Shown here: piece after piece, positions 24,920 through 26,066 of the stretch | How positions within the stretch are numbered: position 1 is the first letter of the stretch | Layout: the number at the start of each line of letters is the position of its first letter | IMG/VR virus record: IMGVR_UViG_3300027751_001020 | Coordinates: 1 to 26,066 of that record | DNA: 26,066 nucleotides | Source of the DNA: a virus | Direction: 5' to 3' (one strand) | The notes under the pieces: model-generated | Told to the model about the DNA's origin: nothing | Seen by the model: only the letters and a program-made list of their open reading frames with translations | Database searches by the model: none | Made by a program: the position numbers and the translations under genes

Positions 24920-25162
24920 ATGATATTACAAGAATTAACCTGGATACAGTTTGTAAATCAAAATCATATTCGTATTTTAAATGAAAACGAACAGATACGA
25001 CAGTATCGTTTTTACTTAGATACAGTTGCAAACCAAATAGTAAATCAAAATAAAGGACCGAAACAGCTAAGATTACAGATAACAGGATTTCTACTTCAAG
25101 AAGACTTATTTTTAATACAGCAAGAAAATGGTTCAGGAATTTATATAACAAGCTATGCCTAA
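24920..25162 (+). CDS. small putative virion accessory protein
   Basis: 80 aa with C-terminal FLLQED..LIQQENGSGI, a motif type seen in fibre/decoration proteins; located after the capsid gene. Confidence 0.5.
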   Translation: MILQELTWIQFVNQNHIRILNENEQIRQYRFYLDTVANQIVNQNKGPKQLRLQITGFLLQEDLFLIQQENGSGIYITSYA

Positions 25163-25739
25163 TCTACCTATATCGCAATTACCGCAGTCGACCACTTTAC
25201 AAGGAGACGAATTATTTGTTAATGTACAGGGAGGTATTACTAAGTACACAACCCTAGATAATGTAACAGGACATCATTCAGCCCACCTCTCTACCTATTC
25301 TACTCAATCGCAAGCACTTTCAACCTCAGGTTCTATACAGCCCGTAACATTTACAGATGTATGGACTCAAGATAAAATAAGTGTAGTAGAGAATACAAAA
25401 ATTACATTTCAAGAAGCTGGAGTATACCAATTTAACTTTGTAGCTCAAGTATCTAATTCAGATAACGCAGTACATAGTACCTGGTTTTGGATAAAATACA
25501 ATGGAAATAATTTTCCAAACTCGACTTCTCTAATTACACTTAAGCCTAGAAAAAGTGCATCTGAGCCTTCAGCACAGTTAATGACAATGAATATAATCGG
25601 CCGTGCACTAAATGATAACGACTTTATTGAATTATACTGGACAGGTAATAGTACTACTATACAGCTAACAGAAACACCAGCATTTGGCGAAGTACCTGAA
25701 ACTCCATCTGTAATAGCTTCAATAAGTAGGGTAGGATAG
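25155..25739 (+). CDS. putative head fibre or decoration protein with C1q/TNF-like C-terminal domain
   Basis: N-terminal ISQLP...VQGGITK attachment-like motif. C-terminal ITFQEAGVYQFNFVAQV...WIKYNG...LNDNDFIELY beta-sandwich pattern. Confidence 0.6.
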   Translation: MPNLPISQLPQSTTLQGDELFVNVQGGITKYTTLDNVTGHHSAHLSTYSTQSQALSTSGSIQPVTFTDVWTQDKISVVENTKITFQEAGVYQFNFVAQVSNSDNAVHSTWFWIKYNGNNFPNSTSLITLKPRKSASEPSAQLMTMNIIGRALNDNDFIELYWTGNSTTIQLTETPAFGEVPETPSVIASISRVG

Positions 25740-25751
25740 TTAATATTCATA

Positions 25752-25759
25752 TATTTATA
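25752..25759 (+). promoter_or_regulatory. TATTTATA putative late promoter
   Basis: Exact motif 25 nt before ATG 25785. Confidence 0.6.
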
Positions 25760-25784
25760 ATAACAAACTAAAACGTTATTATAG

Positions 25785-26066
25785 ATGCCTTCAAACCACC
25801 ACACGGACGATGTATTCGTTCAAAAGAGAAGACCAAAGAATCCAATTAAGTTTAACGTTCAACTCAACGACGAACAAAAACAAGCCAAACAATTAATATT
25901 AGAATCACCGATTACAGTCATAAGAGGAATGGCTGGATCCGGTAAAACCTTAGTAGCTACTCAAGTAGCTTTAGATATGTTATTTACCAAACAGGTAGAC
26001 AAGATTGTCATCACACGTCCAACAGTCTCTAAAGAAGAGATAGGCTTCCTACCAGGCGATCTTCAG
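25785..26066 (+). CDS. phoH: PhoH-family ATPase (3' partial, not in ORF track)
   Basis: Manual translation MPSNHHTDD...GMAGSGKT...IVITRPTVSKEEIGFLPGDLQ shows Walker A plus the RP and GFLPG signatures. Confidence 0.93.
   Translation, partial: MPSNHHTDDVFVQKRRPKNPIKFNVQLNDEQKQAKQLILESPITVIRGMAGSGKTLVATQVALDMLFTKQVDKIVITRPTVSKEEIGFLPGDLQ

Noticed and set aside
1-26066. Stop-codon reassignment (TAG/TGA recoding seen in some large phages)
   Set aside because: The standard code gives dense, intact ORFs, and TAG and TGA both end genes at sensible boundaries (2315, 3291, 7740, 18049).

Overview
A 26 kb, all plus-strand, AT-rich segment of a large tailed phage with T4-like head genes. It carries terminase large subunit, portal, prohead protease, scaffold and major capsid protein genes, followed by two putative fibre/decoration genes and a partial phoH. 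The host is probably Bacteroidota (inference): there are no Shine-Dalgarno motifs, leaders are A/T-rich, and a TTG-N20-TAnnTTnG-like promoter precedes the primase. Upstream of the head module lie primase, a PD-(D/E)XK exonuclease, a lipoprotein and an enzyme cluster (minimal protein kinase, zeta-like P-loop kinase, HxGH nucleotidyltransferase fused to an HExxH peptidase, HAD nucleotidase, degenerate PRTase, PD-(D/E)XK-like nuclease). The strongest signal is that about nine unrelated proteins share a short N-terminal leader, M-K-x-x-x-(L/I)-(L/I)-x-E, resembling the T4 capsid-targeting sequence. Several long ORFs also look like polyproteins of small modules separated by hydrophobic-x-E sites of the type cut by prohead protease, and one module block is flanked by an exact in-frame 19-bp direct repeat. 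Together this suggests a modular head-packaged, co-injected cargo system. A TATTTATA motif marks most larger intergenic gaps, and there are candidate structured RNAs around the scaffold and capsid genes. All calls come from manual motif reading; no database searches were run.
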